From a virus, in the IMG/VR virus record IMGVR_UViG_3300042691_015921: a DNA stretch of 64,000 bases; one strand, given 5' to 3'. How positions within the stretch are numbered: position 1 is the stretch's first letter; the number at the start of each line of letters is the position of its first letter. Below, in pieces: positions 1 to 10,148 of the stretch. A program made the translations under genes and the position numbers. A model generated the notes under the pieces. The model did not search any database, was not told the origin of the DNA, and worked only from the letters and a program-made list of their open reading frames with translations.

Positions 1-175
1 TATTTAGATCCCAAGTCTTGATGTATTCTTCAATCCATACGTCAATTCTATATCGCTCAATATTATCCCTGTTCCAAAGGAAATGGCATCTAGTATTGAC
101 AATATTTCCTAGATTATTATATCCAACTTTTGACTCTACAAACTCGCTTAACACACTGTTTGGGATCGTGTTCAT
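1..175 (-). CDS. hypothetical protein, runs off window (MNTIPNSVLSEF...)
   Basis: Open frame from ATG 173-175 to window edge, RBS AAGGAG, promoter directly upstream; not in ORF track. Confidence 0.7.
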   Translation of the reverse strand, partial: MNTIPNSVLSEFVESKVGYNNLGNIVNTRCHFLWNRDNIERYRIDVWIEEYIKTWDLN

Positions 176-203
176 TCTGTTTCTCCTTGTTGGTGATGCG
201 TTA

Positions 204-243
204 AGTATACACCATTTATCGTCCATGTCAAGCGGAATCTTTA
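204..243 (-). promoter_or_regulatory. nested sigma70 (TTGACA-N16-TATACT) and sigma28-like (TAAAG-N15-GACGATAA) promoter
   Basis: Both motifs read directly on minus strand. Confidence 0.75.
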
Positions 244-254
244 GGCTATCAGGC

Positions 255-287
255 AAAAAAAGAGGATGACCGATTAGATCACCCTCT
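255..287 (-). terminator. intrinsic terminator after DUF1559 gene
   Basis: AGAGGGTGATC...GGTCATCCTCT stem followed by T-run on minus strand. Confidence 0.75.
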
Positions 288-315
288 CATAATTCTATTT
301 ATATAGAATATTTAT

Positions 316-1272
316 TTAATCAATTGATGTTGCCTCTCCACCACTTCTTGTGACTAATCCACAAAATACCCTTAAATCGACATCTTGAGAGATTAATCTT
401 GTGCTACCATCGCACATAACTACTACACACCCTCCGGGATGAAAGCTGTAAAATTCTCCATCATTGCTAGCATTTATTGGCATACCGGCATTTGGTGCAG
501 CACCTTTAAAACCATCCGGCCTAAAAGCATCTACTTTAAATGGACCAAGATTATCAGCCCAAGAAATACACTGATTAACTGATCCTTGTTCTATTTTACG
601 CAGTCTATACACATAAGGTCTTGAAACACACTCTCCGACTAATATCGTCTTGCTAGTTCCATCCATAATTGAGGAAAGCTTAGTAACCTTATCTTTATCT
701 AAGGCACCAACTGATGAATCTCCACCATTGATATAAATATCAGGATCTACTACTTTCTTTTTGACTCCAGTACAGACTTCATAATCAGTGCTTGCCAAAG
801 ATAGATTTGAAATAGACGGTCTTATGCTATCACTATCTGGACTTGCTGGATAATTATTTAGTTCACCCCTAACTGCACTAGGGCAATAATAAACGCTTAC
901 TTTTCTCATGGCAGCATTTAAATTATTCTGACTATACCAATGCTCATTCCAGTTATAACTAGATGCTAGATTTCCTTCTTCCATATATGGCATTACTAAG
1001 ACTCTCCAACTATGTTCTACTCCTGATGGATTTCCAACAGGTTTTGGATTCATTTTAGCACTAGCTACCGTATAACATGCGGCCGGTAGATAATTTCTAC
1101 TATCAGCACAATTTAAAAAAGCCAATCCAATTTGTCTTACATTGCTTGAACAATTTGTTCTATTTGCGGCCTCTCTTGCCGCCTGAACCGCCGGAAGTAA
1201 AAGTCCAACTAGTGTTCCAATAATAGCAATAACAACTAATAGTTCAACCAGTGTAAATCCACGTTTTTTCAT
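316..1272 (-). CDS. DUF1559 family prepilin-type N-terminal cleavage/methylation protein (Planctomycete type)
   Basis: [37 protein letters not shown]-terminus; C-terminal [17 protein letters not shown] (H-X9-DG); start trimmed to ATG 1272. Confidence 0.95.
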   Translation of the reverse strand: MKKRGFTLVELLVVIAIIGTLVGLLLPAVQAAREAANRTNCSSNVRQIGLAFLNCADSRNYLPAACYTVASAKMNPKPVGNPSGVEHSWRVLVMPYMEEGNLASSYNWNEHWYSQNNLNAAMRKVSVYYCPSAVRGELNNYPASPDSDSIRPSISNLSLASTDYEVCTGVKKKVVDPDIYINGGDSSVGALDKDKVTKLSSIMDGTSKTILVGECVSRPYVYRLRKIEQGSVNQCISWADNLGPFKVDAFRPDGFKGAAPNAGMPINASNDGEFYSFHPGGCVVVMCDGSTRLISQDVDLRVFCGLVTRSGGEATSID

Positions 1273-1360
1273 AATCAATCCTTTTTTTAAGTTTAAAAAT
1301 ACAATTATACATTTTATGTATCCCAATAAAAGATGGCAATAATGTTAGAATTTTGTTTAA

Positions 1361-1663
1361 TTACGGATTAAATGCATTTGGCGGGATATCCCTATCCAGA
1401 AACATCCGGCGTTCTTCTCGCAATCCGGCAATTTCTTTTCTTTGAACTCTTATTTCTCTTTTTAGCGAAGCGACATAATCATCTTCATAGATGCTAAATC
1501 CTCCACGACCAACAACTTCAACAATAGCTTTTGTTAAATGCCAAATATCTGCTGTATTATCAGAAACCTTATATAGAGAATCTAGTGTTTTACTTTTTAG
1601 TATTTCGCAGAAATATTGTAGATCGAATAGATCAGCGTCATTCAATTTTGTCATGTATGCCAT
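1361..1663 (-). CDS. hypothetical protein
   Basis: Part of tightly tiled minus-strand operon. Confidence 0.7.
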   Translation of the reverse strand: MAYMTKLNDADLFDLQYFCEILKSKTLDSLYKVSDNTADIWHLTKAIVEVVGRGGFSIYEDDYVASLKREIRVQRKEIAGLREERRMFLDRDIPPNAFNP

Positions 1664-1956
1664 TCCTCTTTTACCCGCCCAATTAATTCATTGAAAACAA
1701 CATAAGCATCAATATTTCTACATGGTGCCCAATATACTATAGCTTGATCATCCATAGCAAGTTCTGTAGAATAGCAATAATAATGCCATTGATGTATCTT
1801 TCTAATGCTTCCAATAATTGGTCTATTATCTGGCTCAAAAGACCTAAAGATAATATTGTTCGGCCTAGCGTAATAATGAAAGCCTATGAATTCATATTCA
1901 GTATCTTTTGTTTCAAAGACAATCTTGACTCTTGAAGTATCAATCATTATAAACAA
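1651..1956 (-). CDS. hypothetical protein
   Basis: Tiled operon ORF. Confidence 0.65.
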   Translation of the reverse strand: MFIMIDTSRVKIVFETKDTEYEFIGFHYYARPNNIIFRSFEPDNRPIIGSIRKIHQWHYYCYSTELAMDDQAIVYWAPCRNIDAYVVFNELIGRVKEEWHT

Positions 1957-2210
1957 TTCTTCCCTTCTAGTGGATCATAAATTGAATTAGGCATAACATC
2001 CCATCGTCGCTCGTTTTTTAGGAATTTGATTACATACTGAAAGCACAAGCAGCAAATATCAATATCAAATTTGCTCCCGTCTAAAGGACTACCATATCCC
2101 CACTCCGCCTTAAGAACAGCATAATCTGGTCCAGTCATGTCAGATATTGTACAACTCTTTCCACAGATATCGCACTTAATATCATCGACAACATCTTTTA
2201 GTATCTTCAT
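1947..2210 (-). CDS. small Cys-rich (CxxC) hypothetical protein
   Basis: CDICGKSC...DICCLC. Confidence 0.7.
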   Translation of the reverse strand: MKILKDVVDDIKCDICGKSCTISDMTGPDYAVLKAEWGYGSPLDGSKFDIDICCLCFQYVIKFLKNERRWDVMPNSIYDPLEGKNCL

Positions 2211-2421
2211 AGTTATACTCGTCTAGATTAAAGACTTGGCTCATTGTATCATGTAGTTTTGAAATATGCAACTCAAGCAAAACACTCATCCCCGAAAGCA
2301 CATTCACAATTTCATCTTGTGACAAGTCACGTTCCATAACTCCGTGTGCTACACTGTCTAGATTAGAAATAAATGAGTGTAGTTCCATAATTTCGTTTTC
2401 AAGATCAAATCTGTCCTTCAT
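2182..2421 (-). CDS. hypothetical protein
   Basis: Tiled operon ORF. Confidence 0.7.
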   Translation of the reverse strand: MKDRFDLENEIMELHSFISNLDSVAHGVMERDLSQDEIVNVLSGMSVLLELHISKLHDTMSQVFNLDEYNYEDTKRCCR

Positions 2422-2623
2422 TTGTATTTCCTTTTTTTGGAATTGGTACTGAATTATTATACTTCATAATGAATACTTTTTTATCATTAGCAAATGATTC
2501 TTCACGATAATATAGGTGAATAACATTATCTACCTTAAAACCTAGTGTCTCGCGGTCTTGTTCTACGGCATAGATTCCGCCATCCATCGGTCCACCAACA
2601 CATTCTATAGTTTCATACTTCAT
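2405..2623 (-). CDS. hypothetical protein, GGPxDG family
   Basis: VGGPMDG motif shared with 7378..7617. Confidence 0.7.
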   Translation of the reverse strand: MKYETIECVGGPMDGGIYAVEQDRETLGFKVDNVIHLYYREESFANDKKVFIMKYNNSVPIPKKGNTNEGQI

Positions 2624-3180
2624 TTTACAAGTACCTTAATTGCAATTTCTACGGATTTATCATAGATCTTCTTAAAAACTCTAACTACAAACTTGCCAAA
2701 ATCTACCAGTAGATCACCAAGAATATAGAATATAACTGAAAGGGGCCAGCAAAATATCCACGAACTAATTAGATGTACATTATCTAGTAGATTAAGATTC
2801 TTAATATCTCCATAGATTTTTAGTTCGTCTTCATTCCTCCAAAGACGACCGCTGATTCGCATATATTCAATATATACCTCATAGGGAGTTGTATTAGTTT
2901 TCTTAGCAATCTCTGATAGTGTTGCCCCATTTACATCTAGGAATTTCTTTGTCCACTTAAATACACTCCAAATAAATCCAACGCCAATATATGACATTAG
3001 ATATAAAATACATGACTTTGGATGCAATTGAACATAAGCTAATACATCTGGAAGATAGCCAAAAAGCCATAGTCCAGCAATTGTGCTTAATATAACGCCT
3101 AGTCCACCATCACATTCATTGTAAACTAAAAATAAAATAAAACAAACTAAAAGAATTGCCGGAAGTATTGTTAGAATCAT
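2620..3180 (-). CDS. membrane protein
   Basis: Several hydrophobic segments; ATGA overlaps with neighbours. Confidence 0.75.
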   Translation of the reverse strand: MILTILPAILLVCFILFLVYNECDGGLGVILSTIAGLWLFGYLPDVLAYVQLHPKSCILYLMSYIGVGFIWSVFKWTKKFLDVNGATLSEIAKKTNTTPYEVYIEYMRISGRLWRNEDELKIYGDIKNLNLLDNVHLISSWIFCWPLSVIFYILGDLLVDFGKFVVRVFKKIYDKSVEIAIKVLVK

Positions 3181-3482
3181 TTTTCATTTTCCTTTTCTGT
3201 GTGTGTAAATGTCATATCGTCTATTGATCTTTGTAAAATCCACATAGACTCCCAATGTTCTGCGGCTTTTACTGGACCAACCATTAAGAAACAATGGACA
3301 ATACCCCTGATGTATTGAAGCTTATCTCTTAAGTTATGCGACTCTGATTTTTCATTATTAAGTATGGTTAATACTGTATCTGCGAACACGGCTACTGGAG
3401 CCAACTTTTCTTTCAGTTGCCCGTTAGACCAGTCATTTGTCACTTTTTCACAAAGTTGTTTTACTTCTTCAATTGGTGTCAT
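3177..3482 (-). CDS. hypothetical protein
   Basis: Tiled ORF, RBS GGAG before MTPIEE. Confidence 0.7.
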   Translation of the reverse strand: MTPIEEVKQLCEKVTNDWSNGQLKEKLAPVAVFADTVLTILNNEKSESHNLRDKLQYIRGIVHCFLMVGPVKAAEHWESMWILQRSIDDMTFTHTEKENEK

Positions 3483-3972
3483 AATTTTCTCTCCGCGAGT
3501 CAAAGCTTTCAATTGTCCATCCCATGCTCAGTAGATCGTTCCTAATTTCATCCGTAACAAAACTTTCTCCTACATATCCATTGTTTTTATCTATAATTCC
3601 AGAACAATACCAGTCTATGTAGTCTCCTTCTTGTCTCATATCAGCAATTATACCGCCAGCATATCTCCATGAACAACCCCACGGTTCTTCACAATCACTA
3701 TAAAAGAAATCATTATTACACATAGCGGCATATAGATTTTGAGCATAGATTTTACTTGATCTACATTTTTCTAGGATAGTTTGGTTTGATCTAAGATCGT
3801 ACTCTAGATTACAAGTTTTACTGGCCTGATCTTTACGACTCTCTTCTTGATCAAGGATATTCATCCATGAATCATAAACTTCCTTAGTCATCGTACCATC
3901 ATCATGCTGTCTTTTAAGGCTAGATTTAAAGAAATAGCCTCTATCTGGACTAGAAGAATATTCAGTTGTCAT
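3469..3972 (-). CDS. conserved phage hypothetical protein
   Basis: YAQNLYAAMCNN..WGCSWRYAGGIIAD..YIDWYCSG motif typical of a phage family. Confidence 0.8.
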   Translation of the reverse strand: MTTEYSSSPDRGYFFKSSLKRQHDDGTMTKEVYDSWMNILDQEESRKDQASKTCNLEYDLRSNQTILEKCRSSKIYAQNLYAAMCNNDFFYSDCEEPWGCSWRYAGGIIADMRQEGDYIDWYCSGIIDKNNGYVGESFVTDEIRNDLLSMGWTIESFDSRRENYDTN

Positions 3973-4172
3973 AATAATTTTTTACCTATCTATATTAGAA
4001 TAATTAATTAGAGATATTTTATAGTCCGCATATCCTAAATCTAACAATGAACGAACATCTGCCAGAACTTCATCACAGCCGGTTGATTCTTCTTTGGTTA
4101 TTTTTTCCCAGAATTCATCACAACCTTCTGTAATCTCTATTTGAATAACATATTTTTTCATAAATATACCTC

Positions 4173-4373
4173 CTAATAATTATCCCTTATTCTTTCGTTA
4201 TCCCACGCTCTTTCAATAATCTCGTCAAGCTTTTCTAACTCTTCGATAGTTTTTGCCTCTTTGGCTCGCCTAATACCATCTTCGCACCAATCATCACAAC
4301 AGTTCATAACAATACGATAAGAACCGTATGAATCGATAACGCTCTCGCGGAGTTCTTCTAGATTTTGTTCCAT
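4173..4373 (-). CDS. hypothetical protein
   Basis: Tiled ORF. Confidence 0.6.
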   Translation of the reverse strand: MEQNLEELRESVIDSYGSYRIVMNCCDDWCEDGIRRAKEAKTIEELEKLDEIIERAWDNERIRDNY

Positions 4374-4816
4374 AAATATTCTCCACTTTTTAGTTTAATT
4401 TTAGAGCATCCCATCTGGTTATCAAGTTCATCTATCCAAATATCCCAATTCTTTTCTACTAAAGAGATAAAGTCTGGAGTACTTCCTCTATTCTTGTATC
4501 GTTGTATATATTCGTCTTTTAATTCTCTATCTGGATACACTAGAAGAAAAGGGATATCATTATCAACAAGTGCGTCCCTAACAACTTTATGAGAAGATAC
4601 AAATATTTTATAGATAGATTCGTTTAATAAAGATGTTTGAATATGTTCGATATAATTTGCCGGGAAATATTGTTTATCAAACTTTGAACTATCACTATCT
4701 AATACCGTACCAATTTGAATATTATAGGAATAGTGTTTATTGGAATAGTATGTTTTACCTGTTCCTGGGAAGGCAGACACTACTTTTGCGTACATGCTAC
4801 TGTGTTTTATTTCCAT
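4358..4816 (-). CDS. P-loop NTPase / nucleotide kinase-like protein
   Basis: Walker A SAFPGTGKT, DSDSS motif, YxxRG. Confidence 0.75.
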   Translation of the reverse strand: MEIKHSSMYAKVVSAFPGTGKTYYSNKHYSYNIQIGTVLDSDSSKFDKQYFPANYIEHIQTSLLNESIYKIFVSSHKVVRDALVDNDIPFLLVYPDRELKDEYIQRYKNRGSTPDFISLVEKNWDIWIDELDNQMGCSKIKLKSGEYLWNKI

Positions 4817-5445
4817 CCTAGTGCCTCCGCTACAGTCGGGAACTGTTCACAAAAAATACTCTTACACTCATTCGCAATAATCATATGTTCTTTTTGAGTG
4901 CCATTTCCTGATCTTAGATCAATATAGTGAATCCACGATCTTACTGAGCCTTTCATATAAAGTCTAGTAGGTGTTGCAAGAGGTAGAGCAAATCTGGCAC
5001 ACTCCTTAGCAATCCCACTAGCAATCATTCCATCATAAAGACTCTTAGCCTTTGCAAAATGCTCGCGGATTTGAGTATTCCATTTAGCTTTTACTTCATC
5101 ACTAACATCATCAATACTATTTTGACGATTCTTGTGATCCTGGCTACGAAGTTCAAAAAGAGGAATATCTTCTGCTAGTAATGTTGTGTCCGCATATCTT
5201 TGAGAGAACTCTTGAAAATTGAAACTTTTATGTCTTAAAATTTGTGCGGCTAATCCCCTAGTAGTATTGATCTCAAAAATAAGATCAGCCATCTCAAATA
5301 CAGACCAATGTTTCTTATTGATACAGTATCTGAGTAGCTTGGCACAATCCTGATTGTTTTGACCTTCTGGATTTGATACTCTGGCACAATAAGCCATTAA
5401 CTTTTCAGCATCAGGAGTAACACTGACTAGTTTTACTTGAGTCAT
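4807..5445 (-). CDS. thyX: FAD-dependent thymidylate synthase
   Basis: ARVSNP, HWSVFE, QILRHKSFNFQEFSQRY, ECARFALP, TQKEH motifs. Confidence 0.97.
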   Translation of the reverse strand: MTQVKLVSVTPDAEKLMAYCARVSNPEGQNNQDCAKLLRYCINKKHWSVFEMADLIFEINTTRGLAAQILRHKSFNFQEFSQRYADTTLLAEDIPLFELRSQDHKNRQNSIDDVSDEVKAKWNTQIREHFAKAKSLYDGMIASGIAKECARFALPLATPTRLYMKGSVRSWIHYIDLRSGNGTQKEHMIIANECKSIFCEQFPTVAEALGWK

Positions 5446-5696
5446 ACTTGTTCCTCTACTATTGTTATATCAAACTCTTCTAGCGGACAGAGTTCTTCGT
5501 CCCAAAATCCGTTTCGTAATCCTAATCCTAAGATATGACCGGGTAATTTCCACTGATCAAATTCTTGAACTGTAATTCGTCGATGTTTTCGCCCCCAATC
5601 GCAAACGGTAGCGTCGAACACCTCTGTACCATCATCATACCACATTCCAGGCTTGCTGACAAACCTTACAAATTGTTCAGGTTTCTCTAAAGTCAT
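5442..5696 (-). CDS. hypothetical protein
   Basis: Tiled ORF. Confidence 0.7.
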   Translation of the reverse strand: MTLEKPEQFVRFVSKPGMWYDDGTEVFDATVCDWGRKHRRITVQEFDQWKLPGHILGLGLRNGFWDEELCPLEEFDITIVEEQV

Positions 5697-6015
5697 AGAT
5701 TATTAACTCCATTCTTTTGGCTATATCATACATATGTCCGGTTCCTTTTCCGCCGGGAAATAAAACAACAGCATCGGCATATTTTGCCATCTGCTGGTTC
5801 CTTCTATATCCGGCTGATTTACCAAACTTTTCCCAATCTGCGGGGAATTTCTTGACTGGAATATTATTCTTCTTAGCCCACACTTCTCCAGCCGTGTCAA
5901 CTCCTCTTGCACAGCCGGATACAACTTCTGAGATTGTACCACCTAACTGATCAAGTTTTTTGAAGTCTTCATCAGTTAAGTGATAGTCTCTACCGCCAGC
6001 AATAATGGTTTTCAA
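5677..6015 (-). CDS. SLOG superfamily (YspA/DUF2493-like) protein
   Basis: IIAGGRDY, VSGCARGVD, ADWEKFGKSAGYRRNQQM, PGGKGT. Confidence 0.9.
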   Translation of the reverse strand: MKTIIAGGRDYHLTDEDFKKLDQLGGTISEVVSGCARGVDTAGEVWAKKNNIPVKKFPADWEKFGKSAGYRRNQQMAKYADAVVLFPGGKGTGHMYDIAKRMELIIYDFRET

Positions 6016-6299
6016 AATTCTGTTCTCTCAAATAGCAACCACTTATACTTATCCAGATCGGCAATAGGAAATGGATAAAGCTTTCCGCCATAAACATAAT
6101 CCGTACTCCAGTCTGGATTAATCATGACAAAAATATATTGTGTAACCCCACCAATATTTGCCTCAACAACTAAAATATCGCCAACTTTCAGATCATATTT
6201 CATGACAACTGCCGGCCTATTATCAACAGGGGCGGCGATAATACCATTGCTAAACATAAGAGACATACAAACAACAAAACCAGCCACAAGCTTATTCAT
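6012..6299 (-). CDS. secreted/exported hypothetical protein
   Basis: N-terminal signal-peptide-like segment. Confidence 0.65.
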   Translation of the reverse strand: MNKLVAGFVVCMSLMFSNGIIAAPVDNRPAVVMKYDLKVGDILVVEANIGGVTQYIFVMINPDWSTDYVYGGKLYPFPIADLDKYKWLLFERTEF

Positions 6300-6457
6300 A
6301 AACTCTCCTTTACTTGAGAAAATTCTTCATAATTCTTACAATAAGATAGCCACACACTATACTTATAATCAGACAAATTATTAACCTCGATATATCATCA
6401 TGAACAATCGATTCAATTAACGGACGATTTACTATTGTTTTCATCAATATAGAAATT

Positions 6458-6871
6458 TCACAGTTTATCTACATTGTCTTCAATAGCATCAGCAATTCTA
6501 TAAAAATCATTTCCACCATCATTCAAGACTGTAAGATCTTCATAATAAGTATATACATTATCATTGAATGATCCTTCTTGTGTTTTCAATCCAGCCCAGT
6601 CTTGAACATTCTTTGGAAGAACTGTCACTCCACGCTCAGTATTACCCTGTCCGAATCGAATTGCTGATACACCTTCCCATCTTACCTCATGAACCTTCAT
6701 CTGCTTCTTCTTATGCCTCTTCTGTTCCTCATTATACAACTCACACAGGACACCAAGGCAACAATGACATGAATCTCCCTCATGGTCAGTGATCTTTAGA
6801 TATCCTTGACCTTGCTTATATTTACCGCTACGTAGAGCCTTAACCCACTTCTTTGCAATATTCTTATTCAT
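6458..6871 (-). CDS. conserved phage hypothetical protein
   Basis: KWVKALRSGKYKQG..CCLGVLCE..LND..F..IADAIE family motif. Confidence 0.8.
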   Translation of the reverse strand: MNKNIAKKWVKALRSGKYKQGQGYLKITDHEGDSCHCCLGVLCELYNEEQKRHKKKQMKVHEVRWEGVSAIRFGQGNTERGVTVLPKNVQDWAGLKTQEGSFNDNVYTYYEDLTVLNDGGNDFYRIADAIEDNVDKL

Positions 6872-7073
6872 TATTGTACTCCTTTAGTTCTTCTTCTGAT
6901 AGAGCCAAGATACGGACGTAAAAACTATCACCAAGTCCTGCAATTTTATCAGCCGGATAGCCCATGTCAACTAGCCATTCGTGCAGATTAGGATTTTTAC
7001 TACGATTATAAACCTTTGGGAAACCATACATCCATCCGCTAGGTGGATCAATCCATACAAGATCATTTTCCAT
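6864..7073 (-). CDS. conserved phage hypothetical protein
   Basis: IDPPSGWMYGFPK motif. Confidence 0.8.
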   Translation of the reverse strand: MENDLVWIDPPSGWMYGFPKVYNRSKNPNLHEWLVDMGYPADKIAGLGDSFYVRILALSEEELKEYNNE

Positions 7074-7377
7074 TTTTAAACTCCTGTGTTGTGTGAAATA
7101 TATACAATATCATGAAAAAAATTAGAAGCCTATTGGACCAAAGCTTATCTGCATCTATTATTCCACTAATTACATAAAATAGCATAAATAAATAAAAGTA
7201 GATACTATTCATAATATTTAAACCACCTTATGTATCCAAGCCTTGTCTTGCCTTCCGAGATATAAATCTTTCCCCCACATACCCAAACAAGTAAAGCAAA
7301 GGACATACCCCACAGAATAATTCCAAGCACCGCCCAAATTGGAAGAGAAAGAAATAGCAGTAGATAGAAAACCCAAA

Positions 7378-7617
7378 TCATTCTATCTCCTTTACGTTGA
7401 CTAGACCCGGCTTAAATATCCCCTGATATACCAGTTCATCGTCTTCCACTTGATACACATATAGACCATGTTCTCCATCTATAACCGCACCAAAGATATG
7501 AACTCTTGTGGAGGGATCAATCAGTTGTGCAGACCCATCAAATGGTCCACCATAGATAGAAATATTATCTAGTCTAATATCGTTAAGATAAAATGACTGT
7601 CTCATCCTTCTCCCCAC
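7378..7617 (-). CDS. hypothetical protein, GGPxDG family
   Basis: YGGPFDG. Confidence 0.65.
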   Translation of the reverse strand: MGRRMRQSFYLNDIRLDNISIYGGPFDGSAQLIDPSTRVHIFGAVIDGEHGLYVYQVEDDELVYQGIFKPGLVNVKEIE

Positions 7618-7952
7618 TGTTTCATGATACGACCGATACAGGCACGGATGCCACGCTTACGATTGAAATTGTGACCCTTCGGGGTATTAAACTTAGCAGA
7701 GAATTCCTGACCGGTCATAGTGGTAAGATCAATGCGGGTATAGCCACCCTTGCAGGAAAGTTCATGAAATTTACGATCACCCCTTTCGGACATCTCCCTC
7801 TTACTCATAAGGATATCGCGGCCCCCATGCTCCAACCAACCATCGGCCGCAAAAACACGACAATGATAAACCCGAACCTTATGACCAGCCTCACGAAGTT
7901 CTTCAATACTAGGCACGTTACGAATCTTCTCACGCTTAATTTTAGTAGTCAT
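7602..7952 (-). CDS. hypothetical protein
   Basis: Tiled ORF, KGGYT...FNRKRG. Confidence 0.75.
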   Translation of the reverse strand: MTTKIKREKIRNVPSIEELREAGHKVRVYHCRVFAADGWLEHGGRDILMSKREMSERGDRKFHELSCKGGYTRIDLTTMTGQEFSAKFNTPKGHNFNRKRGIRACIGRIMKQWGEG

Positions 7953-7953
7953 T

Positions 7954-8169
7954 TTATTCCTCTGTTATTGTTACTTCAACACCATCAAACACATGAACGT
8001 CAACGCTGTCATAAATACCACAGGCACGGGGCTTATTCACCACTTTCCAGTGAAAGTGAAACTTATTCCCATCAAGTTCAGAATATCCTATCTTAACAAG
8101 ATACTCGTTAATGATATCTTCCAGATCAGGCAGGCATAGGTCAAGTTTTGTTGTTTTGGTTGTCTTCAT
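7954..8169 (-). CDS. hypothetical protein
   Basis: RBS AAGGAG and promoter upstream. Confidence 0.75.
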   Translation of the reverse strand: MKTTKTTKLDLCLPDLEDIINEYLVKIGYSELDGNKFHFHWKVVNKPRACGIYDSVDVHVFDGVEVTITEE

Positions 8170-8188
8170 CGTTTTCTCCTTCTCTCAG

Positions 8189-8216
8189 AGTATACCACGC
8201 CTATCAGCGTTGTCAA
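8189..8216 (-). promoter_or_regulatory. sigma70 promoter TTGACA-N16-TATACT (extended -10)
   Basis: Consensus match. Confidence 0.85.
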
Positions 8217-8234
8217 GCCACTTGTTCCATTTGC

Positions 8235-8720
8235 TCATAGTACCCAACAAACCTTCCTATATTTATCGTGAGGATCACTATCGTTAATAATCTGCTCAAT
8301 AATATTCCAATCACCATTCGCTAGGCCCGCCCCAATTTTCGGAAAATGAACATCCGAAAAATAATTGTATTCAATGTTACTATTGCTGATTATTCTGAAA
8401 ACATTAGCCACTGCCACATAATTGACATATCTTACTGTAGGATCGCCTCCACAAGTTTCTTGAGTTAATGCATTAGCAATCCATAGATAGTCTCTCTTAG
8501 CAGACTTATATTCGTTCCACGGATGATAATACCAAATAATGTCGCCAAGCTTCGGTTTATCTTTTGATTCCAGACTCAACTTATATCGTGTATAACACTC
8601 AGGATATTTATCTTTGATTGCTTTAGCAACGCCCGCACCCATAACTCCCAACATATTACAGCCATGAACAATCACTCCAGACTGAGCATCCAGCAGATTA
8701 CCTTTTCTGTATTCAATCAT
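8235..8720 (-). CDS. macrodomain (ADP-ribose binding/hydrolase, DarG/Poa1-like)
   Basis: KGNLL, IVHGCNMLGVMGAGVAKAIK, FPKIGAGLANGDW. Confidence 0.92.
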   Translation of the reverse strand: MIEYRKGNLLDAQSGVIVHGCNMLGVMGAGVAKAIKDKYPECYTRYKLSLESKDKPKLGDIIWYYHPWNEYKSAKRDYLWIANALTQETCGGDPTVRYVNYVAVANVFRIISNSNIEYNYFSDVHFPKIGAGLANGDWNIIEQIINDSDPHDKYRKVCWVL

Positions 8721-9007
8721 TAAATGTCTCCTGTCTCAACAAATTTTTGCAGCATAGGGATTAAAGCCTTAACTTGCTCGACATTAAGGTGCATTCGACT
8801 ATTAGATACTAGTTCTTTGGCTTTAAGAAGCGTTTTGATTTCCTCTTCTGAAACATCTCGCCAAGGATATCCCGCCCTTAGACCAATATCATTACATCCT
8901 AACCAAATTCTAACGCCAGAGCTACTACGTTGAAGGCTACATTCGGCCCCGTAATCGTCTACGAAATTGTATCGGCCAAATCCACGTTGAGTATGAGTTT
9001 TTTCCAT
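8720..9007 (-). CDS. conserved phage hypothetical protein
   Basis: TQRGF..F.D.YG..CSLQRSS..IWLG..RMHL motif. Confidence 0.8.
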   Translation of the reverse strand: MEKTHTQRGFGRYNFVDDYGAECSLQRSSSGVRIWLGCNDIGLRAGYPWRDVSEEEIKTLLKAKELVSNSRMHLNVEQVKALIPMLQKFVETGDI

Positions 9008-9046
9008 TAGTGATTCCTTGGTTAGTCGGTTATCTGTACGAAGGAC

Positions 9047-9074
9047 AGTATACCATACCCTTACGGGTTGTCAA
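9047..9074 (-). promoter_or_regulatory. sigma70 promoter TTGACA-N16-TATACT
   Basis: Consensus match; -35 contains stop codon of upstream gene. Confidence 0.85.
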
Positions 9075-9355
9075 CCCCATGCTATAGTGTAATATGGATC
9101 AACTGATCCTTGTGGATCTCTCTGGTCATAGAATCCACTCTTCTTATCCACTTTATATCCCAAGCTGGTTAAACGGAATATAATCGTCTCATTAACATAC
9201 TTCTCATTAATAGCAACTGCATATTTACCCTTACTGGATGCTTCTGCGATTTTGCTTTCAATAATAGTAAGATGAGTCTGATTAGTATTGCTATTTAGAT
9301 CATCAGAGATCTTTCTTGCAGTTTTTGCGTCAATCATTCTATTATTTCCTTTCAT
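9071..9355 (-). CDS. hypothetical protein
   Basis: Tiled ORF. Confidence 0.7.
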   Translation of the reverse strand: MKGNNRMIDAKTARKISDDLNSNTNQTHLTIIESKIAEASSKGKYAVAINEKYVNETIIFRLTSLGYKVDKKSGFYDQRDPQGSVDPYYTIAWG

Positions 9356-9749
9356 ACTTTTTCATCAGTATACACAATTGATTTAATAACTCGATATGTC
9401 GCTGATGCCAATAATCTACCGCTTCTTTTGCATGATCCGCCGACTCGTAGCGAATAACGTGGCAATTCTCCCATAAACAAAAAGATCTTTTTTGCACAAA
9501 GAATCCACGAAATTCGCCGTTATTATAAAGTTGTTCAACAACTCTGAATCCACCAGCGTAAGATTTAATTACATTAGTAATATATGACTTAAACATATAC
9601 TCCGATTCTTTTGCTTCGTTGATAGAAACCGGATGGTGATGGCAATCTTCCCATACCCAGAAAAATAAAGGATGTCTTTTCTGAATAAAATAACCCAAAA
9701 GTTTGCCATTATCAAACTCTCTCTTGACTACTCTAGTTTTATCAAACAT
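9342..9749 (-). CDS. hypothetical protein with internal duplication
   Basis: Two copies of RVV..F/YxNG...G(Y/F)F(I/V)QKR...WExCH. Confidence 0.75.
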   Translation of the reverse strand: MFDKTRVVKREFDNGKLLGYFIQKRHPLFFWVWEDCHHHPVSINEAKESEYMFKSYITNVIKSYAGGFRVVEQLYNNGEFRGFFVQKRSFCLWENCHVIRYESADHAKEAVDYWHQRHIELLNQLCILMKKYERK

Positions 9750-10116
9750 GATTTTCTCTTTCTATTGGTTGTTTGTGGGTTTTTCTAAATTCTCGCAGTC
9801 TTTTTACAAACCACCAATGGAAGTTTTCTTTTCCTGGCTTGAATCCGGCTTTTTCACAAGACTGAACGAATAAATATCCGTCACCGGGACAACAAACGAT
9901 AAAATCTCCATTATATTCTTTTCCACCATACTCAGCTTCGTACTCGTCATCCCAGCTAAATGTAGCCATTCCAGTGTTTCTTCTAACAATAAACCAGTCA
10001 CCAGCGTCTACAAGAATATGACCAGTTTCGTAACCATTCGTAATTGCTTTAGAAACAAACCAGTCTGGAACAATCTCGCCATAGAGTTCAGCATTCGTGT
10101 CGCAAATTTGGCACAT
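9742..10116 (-). CDS. hypothetical protein
   Basis: Tiled ORF under promoter 10149-10176. Confidence 0.7.
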   Translation of the reverse strand: MCQICDTNAELYGEIVPDWFVSKAITNGYETGHILVDAGDWFIVRRNTGMATFSWDDEYEAEYGGKEYNGDFIVCCPGDGYLFVQSCEKAGFKPGKENFHWWFVKRLREFRKTHKQPIERENHV

Positions 10117-10148
10117 AGTCTCTCGCTTTGTAATAGGTGTGTAGAACG

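Noticed and set aside
18-269. 83-aa plus-strand ORF
   Set aside because: Overlaps a better-supported minus-strand gene with promoter and RBS.
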